A DNA stretch of 51,145 bases, taken from positions 1-51,145 of the forward strand of contig CAILIB010000015.1 in assembly GCA_903834195.1 (NCBI GenBank). The letters are read 5' to 3'. The stretch is from an uncultured Candidatus Berkelbacteria bacterium (GTDB lineage Bacteria > Patescibacteriota > UBA1384 > CAILIB01). Numbering within the stretch: the stretch's first letter is position 1; every line of letters starts with the position of its first letter. The position numbers and the translations under genes are program-made. The notes beneath the pieces were generated by a model, which was not told the DNA's origin, did no database searches, and was given only the letters and a program-made list of their open reading frames with translations. Below, piece after piece: positions 1-10,800 of the stretch.

Positions 1-258
1 AATAAATATGGAAAGGCTGTGGTTTCTAACTCAGCGATGCAGGTACTTCTAAAACAAAGCACATCATCGATTGATGTTATCGCCAATGTGTTTAATCTTA
101 CTGAGCAAGAAAAGTACTTACTCCTTAATGCATCTGTTGGTGAAGGGTTATTTTTCGCCGGACTTAGTCACGTGGCAATTAAGGTAACTGCTTCATACAC
201 TGAGGATCAAATTATCACCTCAGATCCAAAGCAACTCTTAGCAATGCGCAACTCATAA
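1..258 (+). CDS. C-terminal end of a VirB4/TraC-like (conjugation/T4SS-type) ATPase, truncated by the window edge
   Basis: Frame open from base 1. 'GKAVVSNSAMQVLLKQS...FNLTEQEKYLLLNASVGEGLFFAG...HVAIKVTASYTEDQIITSDP' resembles the C-terminus of VirB4-like ATPases of CPR/Gram-positive type. Confidence 0.8.
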   Translation, partial: NKYGKAVVSNSAMQVLLKQSTSSIDVIANVFNLTEQEKYLLLNASVGEGLFFAGLSHVAIKVTASYTEDQIITSDPKQLLAMRNS

Positions 259-267
259 TCTTGAGAT

Positions 268-2484
268 ATGCCTGTTCAATCACCTGAACAATCTGAAAGA
301 GAAAACGACACTCCAGAAGCTGATCAAGAAGAAGTTGATCAGGGGATAGATCAGGCACCTGATCAGGAATTACCTGCACAAAATCTTGCGCCCAATCCGG
401 CTCAACAAGCACCCCAGCCATCACCTCAGCAACCGCCTATACAACAGGGAATTATTGATCAAATTAACGGACCTCAGCAATCTATAATTGATCAAATAGA
501 CACGCCAACCGAGCCATCTGCAGCGATGCGAAATCAGATTGATGGCATTGGGCGAGGTAAAGAACTGGGTAAGAATCCGTCGCGCCTTGAGAGTACTCCT
601 GACGATAAAGCTAGAAATGCACCACTTACTCCGCCGCCAGTTCTGAATAATGATGCACAGCCTACATCAACTGAGACAAACGATTTTTCAAAACCAGATT
701 CAGTCTATAAAGAACCAAATGCAAAACTACCAAATCCTGCCGTTCCAGGTTCAGAAGACGAACTAAAGAAACGTGCATCAGGTGATGACATTAACCCAAG
801 AGCACAGGTCCCTGCATATATTCCTGGTGCTCAAAAACTGAATGATGTAGCTGCTAGAGCTCAGGCTGCCAAGGATAAATACAATAAAACAAAAGAGAAT
901 ATTAATGCAGCTAAAAAAGCCGCAGCGACTGGGGACGTGTCCGAACTAACCAAGCAGGGGGTTCAAAAGATTGTTGGTGACAGTAAAGCTGGACAAGCCT
1001 TAGCTGGAGCAGCTAAGGATGCAGCAGATCTTGCCCAAGTGTTTGAAGGGAATTTCTTAAGAGCGATTCCTATAGTCAAGAAGTACGGTAAACCGCTCGC
1101 AATTCTAGCCCTCATGTTTATCATAGTCTGCAGTGCAATTGGCGCAGGACTATACGAAGCTGTACAGGGTGCTGGAGATGCAAGTGCACTGGTTGGAACT
1201 GGGAATATTATTAGTGGTTCATACTGCCAAGGTATGATGAATTACACTGATGTTCAACAAGGGGGTACTACAACTAGAATCTTTACGAGTGGAACTACTG
1301 GAAAGTTTTCAGAAGAGTCTCCGTTAGATCCAAATACTGGACACATTATTGAACAAGAAAATCCTGGTCCAGTATCTTTTATTGACTACTACATGTCACA
1401 ACCTGCAGATGTACGTGCGCAATGGGCCCCATACTACATTACCGCCCGCTGGCCATACATTGCATCAACTTTTGGGCCTGGTGGTGATAAGAGTGGCCCA
1501 GCGTATCATGAAACTCGTAATGGCTTTGCCGGACTACCAACGTCTAATCTTTACCAAGGAAAGCGCGTCATCATTTTCAGTCCCAAAACCAAAAAGGCTG
1601 TACTGGGCATTATTCTTGAGTTCGGACCTCAACCATGGACAGGATCTGAAGGCCATCCTGCCAGTGAATATAGTCAACAATTAGCCAACTGGAATACAGG
1701 TTCAAGTAATGGATTTCGAATTCAAGATCCACCAGGGTTTATCGAACGTGTTGCGGGTGGACCACCATCATTAGAAAAAGTTCTAGGAATTAATAACCAA
1801 GACACAATTGTGTACGGGTTTGCCCCTCCAGAACTACAGAACACAGCGCCAGGACCAATTAATTGCACTGTTGTTACTGCGGGGAGCGGTCCAACCAACG
1901 GAGCAACCCAACCACTTCCAGTACCACCAACAAACCAGTCGGCCGGCGGGCAATGTGGAATTGCTAGTACTATCTCTGTAGTTCGCTACTACAATCCAGC
2001 ATACAATGACACGGCGTACTATGATGCAGCAAACAACGCAGTTACAAAAGGTGCCACTACACTCTGTGTAAGTCCAAGTTACATTAACGATCACAGCGCT
2101 GGAAAAGTAAGTGATTTCACTCTTGCTACTGTTGAACGAAATAAGGGCTTTCCTACAGCAACATTTGATAACGTTAAACAGTCAGTACTGTCAGGTGACC
2201 CTGTAATTATGTACAGTGCCCCGGACGCCTTCTACCCACCTACCGCACAGTACAATCAACACATCTTTGTTATTACTGGGTATAATGCGAGTACTGATAC
2301 ATTCGACATTATGAGCCCTAACGGAAAAGCAGATATCTTCAACGGTGTGATCGATGGAATAGGTAGTCCAAAGGGTCAGAAAATTACCGCCGACTACCTC
2401 ATGTCTAAGACGACGAATATAGATTCTGCCTACGGAGGACATAGCTTCATGATTCGTAAAAAGTACTTACAAGTTTCGCCGTAA
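268..2484 (+). CDS. Membrane-anchored protein: disordered Q/P/E-rich N-terminus, one TM helix, RlpA-like double-psi beta-barrel, C-terminal C39-like (papain-fold) peptidase domain
   Basis: TM 'LAILALMFIIVCSAIGAGL'; 'KRVIIFSPKTKKAVLGIILEFGP...RVAGGPPSLEKVLG' is DPBB-like; 'QCGIAS...GDPVI...HIFVITGY...IMSP' is C39-like. Confidence 0.65.
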   Translation: MPVQSPEQSERENDTPEADQEEVDQGIDQAPDQELPAQNLAPNPAQQAPQPSPQQPPIQQGIIDQINGPQQSIIDQIDTPTEPSAAMRNQIDGIGRGKELGKNPSRLESTPDDKARNAPLTPPPVLNNDAQPTSTETNDFSKPDSVYKEPNAKLPNPAVPGSEDELKKRASGDDINPRAQVPAYIPGAQKLNDVAARAQAAKDKYNKTKENINAAKKAAATGDVSELTKQGVQKIVGDSKAGQALAGAAKDAADLAQVFEGNFLRAIPIVKKYGKPLAILALMFIIVCSAIGAGLYEAVQGAGDASALVGTGNIISGSYCQGMMNYTDVQQGGTTTRIFTSGTTGKFSEESPLDPNTGHIIEQENPGPVSFIDYYMSQPADVRAQWAPYYITARWPYIASTFGPGGDKSGPAYHETRNGFAGLPTSNLYQGKRVIIFSPKTKKAVLGIILEFGPQPWTGSEGHPASEYSQQLANWNTGSSNGFRIQDPPGFIERVAGGPPSLEKVLGINNQDTIVYGFAPPELQNTAPGPINCTVVTAGSGPTNGATQPLPVPPTNQSAGGQCGIASTISVVRYYNPAYNDTAYYDAANNAVTKGATTLCVSPSYINDHSAGKVSDFTLATVERNKGFPTATFDNVKQSVLSGDPVIMYSAPDAFYPPTAQYNQHIFVITGYNASTDTFDIMSPNGKADIFNGVIDGIGSPKGQKITADYLMSKTTNIDSAYGGHSFMIRKKYLQVSP

Positions 2485-2491
2485 TATTCCA

Positions 2492-3751
2492 ATGGCAGAT
2501 ATCGAACACGCAAATCCATTCGCAAAAAATCGTCGAACAACCCTTGTTCGGAACGTTTTAGGATGGACAATTGCCATCGTAGTGATCGTAGGGGGCTTTG
2601 CCTACTTTACGAGAACCCAACAGAGTTCAATCCTCATTTTAGGATCGACCTCCGATGTGTCCATATCCTTAAATGGCCGAGCTGTACAGGGTAAAAATGA
2701 CCCTCGAGGTATTTCTGTACCTGTTTACTCAGGTGAGTACAGATTGACCCTTACCCGCCCAGATAACGAGCAATTTAGCCAAGATGTGAGCGTGCCGGCC
2801 GGTATTACTGTCTCAATTCGACCTGTCTACACACTGTACACACCACCCTCGTCACCATCCAATTCAAGCAATACAATCGACTACGTTGTTGCAACTCCAG
2901 ACCAAAAAAACATCTACTACCTTGGCGATGACCGAAGTCGGCTATACCGCATGGAAGTTTCCAATCGCTCTGTGATTCCACTCACTCAACAACCGCTTTC
3001 AGGCGTATCAGCAGTGGAGTGGTCAAACGATCCAAGTGTTGCTTTAGTCATACAAACGAATGGAATTTTCTTACAAGAAATTCCAAACTATGACTTCAAA
3101 GGACAACACATTGTCCATGTTGCTGATGACTTTCTCTCACCAAAATGGGACCCAAATGATAACTCGCGCATAGGCGCTGCATACTTTGCTAAGTCGGGTG
3201 AGAAATCACTTGTTCTCGTTGATAAACGTTTTACAACCATTGACCGTAAAGCTGATCTTAGCAACTTCACCAATCCTAAAATTATCTGGTCACCTGATAG
3301 CAAGTACATTGCGGTTATCAATCGTGCAAACGATCCACTCCAGAACAACCTCTGGCTGTACAACCTCTCAACTGGCGAGTTTCGCGCACTGACTTCTGCA
3401 GGTACAGTTCTTGATGCAAGCTTTAGCCCGGGCAGCAATGCAATTTTGTATGAAACCCTGACAAACAATGAACATACCTTACGCGCAAAAAGTGTTGCAA
3501 CGGGAACTGACTTCGCAGTTTCATTCTCAAATACAGTTAAACAAACTGCCTGGAGAGATGATGCAAGTTTTTACACTACAGGAAGTACTAATAACAGCCT
3601 TTCAATACACTCATTGAATGGAGACGCCCAAGATATTACGTACTCTGGACCATCAACAAGCACAATCAGAGGGATGTTCTATTTCAGCAGCTCGCAGACT
3701 TTGGTATTCTATACAGAGAATACAGTTTACACAGTCAGCTTGAACGGTTAG
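2492..3751 (+). CDS. N-terminally anchored PEGA-like domain plus TolB/PD40-like beta-propeller protein
   Basis: N-terminal TM; 'VSISLNG...GEYRLTLTRPD' PEGA-like; repeated 'VEWSND', 'PKWDPN', 'IIWSPDSKYIA', 'ASFSPGSNAILY' blades. Confidence 0.75.
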   Translation: MADIEHANPFAKNRRTTLVRNVLGWTIAIVVIVGGFAYFTRTQQSSILILGSTSDVSISLNGRAVQGKNDPRGISVPVYSGEYRLTLTRPDNEQFSQDVSVPAGITVSIRPVYTLYTPPSSPSNSSNTIDYVVATPDQKNIYYLGDDRSRLYRMEVSNRSVIPLTQQPLSGVSAVEWSNDPSVALVIQTNGIFLQEIPNYDFKGQHIVHVADDFLSPKWDPNDNSRIGAAYFAKSGEKSLVLVDKRFTTIDRKADLSNFTNPKIIWSPDSKYIAVINRANDPLQNNLWLYNLSTGEFRALTSAGTVLDASFSPGSNAILYETLTNNEHTLRAKSVATGTDFAVSFSNTVKQTAWRDDASFYTTGSTNNSLSIHSLNGDAQDITYSGPSTSTIRGMFYFSSSQTLVFYTENTVYTVSLNG

Positions 3752-3776
3752 TAATTCTGCCAGGAACAAAGGGGAT

Positions 3777-4820
3777 ATGGCGAACGACTCAGGAAGTGGA
3801 GGGGGTGGAGGATTAGTTATAGCACTCATTGCGGCTTTTGCTGCAGGTCCTCTTATTATCCTTATCTTACTTGCCATGGGTTTTGCACAAGATGGCCCAA
3901 GTCCAAAAGGCAGTAGTAAACCCCAAACCATTGACCCAGCTCCAACCTCAAAAGATCAGCCGGCCTTAGCAACGTTTGATCGCAGTGTAGACCCAAAAAA
4001 CTGGCTCGCAAAAAATGGGAGTAACTTATCTGATATAAGTACCCAGTTTCAGAACCAGGATAAGGCCATGTCTGATGGCGTAGCATTCGAAGGTGCACCC
4101 GGTGACCGCGTCACTAAGATGAAAGCACAGCTCAAGATTATGATTGCTGACATTACAGCAATCCAACAAGCAAAAGCAGCCTCACCTGACCAGATTAAAA
4201 AAACTGCCAAGCTCATCACTGACTGGGGAGTCTATGACAATCTCCGCATTATCGCCACTGCAGCAACACTTGCAGATCAGGCAATTGCACTTGTAACCCA
4301 AAACAAAAATGGAACTGGGGATATTGCATATATTGCGTCTCGCCCTGTGATTGTAATCAATAACACAGACCCAAAAGGCCTCGACACATCTGGATTCATC
4401 GTATATTCACTTATCAAAACAAGAATATTTCACGGTAACGATCAGCCAAGTGTTGATATGTTTTACACCAGATACAGCACTGATACACGATTTACTCTTG
4501 TTGACTCAGCACTCAATAGCCGGATTGACGACAGCAAAGCACAAGGCGAACTTCAAAAGGGCGACATTGTGCTGACGAGTACTGGAGATGTGAGTAGTGC
4601 TGATAACGCCCAAAACGTAAACCAGGCGTTTATGTATATAGGAGCAGGACATTCTGAGGGCGATGTTGTTGAGTCAACTGTTTCAGGATCAAAGACTGGA
4701 CCTCAGTTCGACACCTTAAACAACCACCTATCCAGCGGAACAGTTGGTGCAAAACAGAAGATCCAGGTCATTCTACGTTTAGCCACTCCTTCACCATCCA
4801 CAACAACTCCTACACTGTGA
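3777..4820 (+). CDS. Membrane-anchored NlpC/P60-fold protein with substituted catalytic residues
   Basis: N-terminal TM; 'GLDTSGFIVY', 'LQKGDIVL', 'QAFMYIG', 'VVES' align to NlpC/P60 'G.DCSG', 'LQPGDLVF', 'HVGIYIG', 'MIHA'. Confidence 0.7.
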   Translation: MANDSGSGGGGGLVIALIAAFAAGPLIILILLAMGFAQDGPSPKGSSKPQTIDPAPTSKDQPALATFDRSVDPKNWLAKNGSNLSDISTQFQNQDKAMSDGVAFEGAPGDRVTKMKAQLKIMIADITAIQQAKAASPDQIKKTAKLITDWGVYDNLRIIATAATLADQAIALVTQNKNGTGDIAYIASRPVIVINNTDPKGLDTSGFIVYSLIKTRIFHGNDQPSVDMFYTRYSTDTRFTLVDSALNSRIDDSKAQGELQKGDIVLTSTGDVSSADNAQNVNQAFMYIGAGHSEGDVVESTVSGSKTGPQFDTLNNHLSSGTVGAKQKIQVILRLATPSPSTTTPTL

Positions 4821-7800
4821 GAATTCTCAGCAAAATAATTTGTTGCATTCTGGTTGAACTCTTATTGGTTAACAGTGCGGCTTTTGCAATTCCACTTGCT
4901 CTCGCAGCATCTTCCAGCACTGATGCGAGCGCATATACACTGACAGGATGCACACTTCCAACTTTCTCAACCACTCCAGTTACGTCTGCAACTGTATCTG
5001 ACCCTGCTCTGGTTGAAGATGTAGCTAGTTCAAGCGTAGTAGGGTTTAACTTGGATTTTGAAGGCGGAGAACCACTCTACAATTCTGGCCAGATAAACAC
5101 AATTCTCCAGTCCTTTTCCAAAACCAACGGGGGAACATTTGATTCAGCTACAAATACGTGGACATTTTGTACTAATCAAAATATGGACCGCCTATTCTCA
5201 GGTATTCCTACAAATTCTACCGAACAGCAGTACCTAGATACACTGCAAGATCCATTACCAAAAATATCGATGAGCGATCTCGATCGCTACGCTATTGAAG
5301 GTGAACCATGTCGACTCTTTATCACTGCCACAGGCCAATGTGACGAAACGCTCGTTCCAGATCTCGATGCTACTGGAAAGCAAAAGCTGAACGATGATGG
5401 CACCCCAGCCATGAAGCCAAAGTATTTCGATGATATTTTTACTGCCGGTGCCTCAAAGAATCACTGGGATGCACCTAAAGCAGATGTTAGAATTCTTAAA
5501 ACATTGGTTTATCTAACCACTCCAACTGATCTTGGAGGTGCGAACCACGAGAGTATTACAGTATCCCGCATCATTCAGACAGCAAACAAAAGCACTGAGA
5601 TTGTCGACCCAACGTTAGCTAGTGAAGATACGAGCCAGATTGCTGCCCATAGCTACGACATGGACAACCCTGAACATCCGGTAAAACTGTCTCAGGCGAT
5701 GGATATTAGTGCGATTGACACACTACGTGTCACAACTCGCGTAACAGAACAACGTCGCGCCTGTATTGGCGGGGGAGGGATCAGTTTTGGAAGTAGCTGT
5801 GATAAAGTAACCTACAACTATTCTGCTAGTCCGATCAAAGTATCATGGCAAACTGACGCAGGTGCTGCACAGTCAAGTGTACCTACTGACCTTTACCACG
5901 GTTCACTCTCTTTGTTTAGCGCAGGTCTTGGCAGCCTGCTCAACGATATGAATTTAAATACTACGATTGATCCTACTAAGATCAGTCTTAGTAACTTAGG
6001 AGATGTGAGCAAACTAATTGGAAGCACACTATTAAGCCAATCACTTAACACTCCTGGAAAATCCATTACTGGATGGGACGCCAATTCTACATTAGATTCT
6101 ATCGGCAGATCATATATTGCGGATCAATTAGGACTTCCTGACGGAGCATTATCAGATGGAAATACCACTGATGATATTACTCAAAATATTGGTGAAACCG
6201 CAGTTGAAAACGCCTATGACCTTCCTCATGGATCACTAAAAGGTGCAACTTCAGCCGACATTTGGACAAATGTAGGTCAACGATACCTTGAAGACGTTCT
6301 TGATATTCAACCTAATACACTTACACCTCAACAATACACAACAGCCGGATTGTTAGAGAAAATTGGTCAAGGCAAAATTGAAAAAGCACTTGCATTACAA
6401 CCTACAAGCTTTAGTTCAAACACGTGGGCCACAGATATTGCACCTGCTAAAAATAGTTCTGAGTTTACTAAAGAAAATGCAGGACATCTCGACGATGTTC
6501 TCGGCATTGGGTTCCAAGATACCAATGGGTCATCCAAAAATGTTAACGGATTTACCCCGGGCGATTTCAACGATGCAACTAAAACGCTTCTAAGTAACCC
6601 AACTCCAGCTGCGGTTTCCAAGTATAAGCAACTTATTGGTAGTCGGACAATCGAAAGTAGCATGGGTCGCTTTACCCCTGGTACAGCTTCTGGATCCACA
6701 GCAAAGGCTGAAACTGCGGCGTTCCTACCTGAAATTCTGTCTGCATTCGGAATTACCCTTTACGCAACTCCATTTGGAGTACCTTCTGGTGAAACATTAC
6801 TCTTTGACACAACCAAAGTTACCGGCGCACGAGTTACCTATGGCGCCACAAGTAATGAGACCACAGAAGCCTTAATTAGCAGTGGTATATATACTCGTGA
6901 TCAGATAATTGCACTCACAAAACAAATTTGTGATCTCATTTCGTCTGAAACACTCATTCCGTTTTCCTCACTTCCGAGAGATCTTCAGACTATATTCCAA
7001 AATGGAAACAAGTTTTCTCCAGCTAACTTCCCACCTACTTCACCTTCACAAGCCCCTCAGACTCTTAATACTGTTCTGACGACCTGGCAAATACCTATTC
7101 AAACACTGTTAAATTCAGTAACCAGCCGATTAAACTCCTCGAGCACTGTTGGAACCAACGAAGATGTTCCTACTCTTTTATCTGCTCAAAAAGCTCTCAG
7201 CACCGCAGTGGGAAGTATTAAACAGTATACTGACGGATTACTTACAACTATTGATATCCAAAATCAGAGCGGGCAAAGTGCTGCGCTGAACCTCCCTGGT
7301 ACCGTCTATGCAAGCAATCCGGATGGGACATTCAACACATCCCAAAAAATTATTTCAAGCGACCCGGTCACTACACTATTGAGTGGCAACCTTACTACTG
7401 GAGAACTTTCTCTTATTGGAAAACTGATAATCACTCAGAAGATTATTCCAGACCGACTTTCACAACGCCTAGCTCTTAGCCAAATAGTACAGAGCGAAAG
7501 CACAACGTATGGCGCATTTAACTCATTTGGTGTTGACCCAGGCAGTTGGACTACTAAAGGTTTCGACGACTACGACTTTGAGCGCATCTTTACTAAAGGA
7601 CTTGCGCAAAATGTATTTGATCGTATTGGCAAACTTCAGTTACTCCAAACAACTTGGAACATAACCAATCTCCAACCTCTTTCTGGACAAGGCTCAGTGA
7701 GCAACTCAGCAATGGACCAGATCAATGTCAAACTAAGCCAGGCAGCAAGTGGCTATGCGTTTTATAAAAATGACTTTGATCTATTAAAAAGTGCTATCAC

Positions 7801-10800
7801 TGAGCTCATTAATGGATTAAGCGGTTCAGACAATCTAAAAACTGCGCTAAAGGCGATTGGAGACACGACTACAACACTCTCAATCGGTGGTATTCGTGAC
7901 GCTGCACAAAAATACGAGGTTATTCTTAATAATCCTGCACTCAAAAAGGCAACCGGCGCCACACAAAGTAGCCTCAGTAAAGCCACACCACTCGTACAAG
8001 AGCTAATTGCAGGACACCCTCTCTCTTTCAGTCAAACTGCTGAAGTATCACAATCGGGGACGAACAGCTCTCCTCAAGCCAATAAGAATGCTGACGGATG
8101 TCTTGTTGTGGGAACATTCCGAGACATGATCAGTAATAACCAAGATATTAGCTCACTCATCAAATCGAGTGCTGGTTGTCGTGTTGATGATGCCTTCAAC
8201 CTTCCTGTCGGCTCGATGACTGTCTGGATAAACTCTAATGACAATTCATATAACGGTTTTGCAAAAGCAATTGGAACTTCATTAGAGAAAAATAATACCA
8301 CCCAAATTAGTGATAGTGATTTAGCAGCAGAGGGGAATAAAATTGTTAGTTCAAACTCAGTAAGCTCACTTACTGCTGGAATTCCAGGCGCTGGAGTTGG
8401 TGGTGGATTTAAGGCACAAGACGTGTTCAATGTTCTCAGTGGATATGCAAGTAACACACTCGAGAAAATGGGTACCACAATGGTAGATAACTACCTGAAC
8501 TGGGACACCGGGACTGCCGAAACGCTCGTTAATCCTCGCTGTACTGATCAAACCACCCAAACTATTACTTCATGTGGTCGCACCGACGCAAGTACTAAGC
8601 GTACTCAGGTGATGGCAACCATGGGATTAAAAGAGCTTGGCGATGCACTTAACTTCCCAACTAGCCTCACGCTCAGTTCTTCTCAAAGTTTTGTAAAAAG
8701 CTTTGGCAACGCACGTATTAGTGAAATTCTCGGCTTAGCACAAAACAGTTTTACCGGCTCATTCAAGAATATTATTGCTGCAAACGCAGGCCACCTCGAT
8801 AATCTCCTCAATAGTCTTTCTTGGTACCAAAATCCAGAAATCCGCAATCTTCAAGATATTCAACGATCTCTTCAAGGATATGTAGACGGCAACGGCACTG
8901 TTGGGGATCAATCAAGCGTAGCGGCCGCCCAATCTACATTAACTAGTGTAAGTTCATCACTCGACTCGTTTTACAACACAGTCCTTGGTACCATTACTGA
9001 CCCAGGAAGTAGTGTGTATGGAAAAGATACTACTGCCACAGGAACAACAGCTGACACGATCACAACAGCTGAAGCAAAAGCTGTATCATCGAGCATTTCT
9101 CAGCTCAAGAGTCTTTCCCAAAACTCCTCAATCGGTGATGATCTGCGCAATCAACTTGATGGTACACAACAATCACTCACTTCATCCGGTATCGGGAGTG
9201 ACTCGTGGAACACAAAAGAAAAATCTGCAGTACTTCTTCAGATGTCGAGTTACACAAATCGAATCGGCAGTCTTGGTTCACAATTAGGTGTTTCAGGTGA
9301 TGCATTCCAAAAACTTATTACCGGATCGTTAGACGGCGACTCTATCTCAGTAACAGAAGCAGATAAAGATATTACAAACTCACTTGTTTCAACAGCTACG
9401 AACAAGCTTCTCGCAAACACTCCTTTTGCCAGTTTAACTGATACATTCACAGCGCTTACAAAAGGCCCTGGATGTGACCGTGGGGTTGGATTTAAGGACT
9501 TTCTCCTCGGAACCGGCCCAGATACCGACTTGTCTGATATGTCGAACTGGGGATGTTCTAGTGAAACACTTGGTTCAACAAGTCTTTCTTCATTACTTAC
9601 AGGAAGTGACACAACTTCTACCACATTACGCACCAATCTCTACGACCACCTCCTTAGTCGCAGCTTCGGAATGAATGTCGAGAAAAAGTTGAACTTTGAA
9701 CCTGGAACTATTCGTGCAATTTTCCTCAATCCTTGGGAAGCAAAAGATATTGCCATTGACCAAGGTATCCGTACGATTGGTGCACAAATGCTGAACTTAA
9801 ATTCTCAAGCAAAATTCTCATCTGCCGAAGCTGGCATCTTTAATGGTTTTCGAAACTCGATTATGGCTGGGTTCTGCCCGGTAAATCCGCTTGCTGATTT
9901 GTCTGATTCTCAGAAGAACCAGAGTAAATCGAGTATTGGAATGTGTTCACTCAATTTCAACTCAACCCGTGCACTCGGTGCATTTGAAGGCAGTCTAAAC
10001 CAGGTTCTCGATGACGAACTTAAGAATGGTGGTGGAACAGGTCATAATATTGGACTAACTGACCTTGCAGTAGCATTTGCAGGTGGAATGGATGGCATAT
10101 ATTACCTTGGTGCTGCCGAGATCGCTAAGAATCTCAACATTACCCTTGGAAGCGGCTCAGGTTCTCAAAAGTTTAAGATCAACTTTACTGATATTCGTAA
10201 TGCTTTCGGCGGAACAGCTCTCAGTTCGCAAGACTTGAGCAATGCAGCTCAAACACAACAATCCGACTTCGTCCGAAACTATTACGTCCAATCTGGCTAT
10301 GACCCTTCAACCTTTGATAATGGTGCTGGGGGCATCATTGATATGGGCGGAATGAGCAATCAACAGGTGCTCAACATCTTCAACTCTGATCCGAATATTT
10401 CAAGTACTCAGCGAAGTTACTTGTTAGATACCCAAGCTGGAGTTGGTCAATCGAATGCATCACAGCAAATAAAAGAAGGTGCTCAGCTTCGCCTTCAGTA
10501 TCAGTCGTACGATGCTGCTGCGTACAAACTTGATCCTAATATTCCACAAGGATTTAGCTACGCCATGTTGCGAGGCACTAGTACTGACCGGGCACACTAC
10601 CTTGGCCTATACCTTGCAAATACACTAAACTTCTCCAAGAATCTCTTCGGCGGTTCTGGATTAACCAATGAAATGCTGGTTAATCTTTCCCAATACGCCA
10701 TCACATGTTTCACCGCAAACAGTGGTGCAACATGTAATCAAAGCCTAGTAACTCCACAGAGCCTCGGCCTCCTGGACAAATGGTTTGATGGCCAAGCTGG

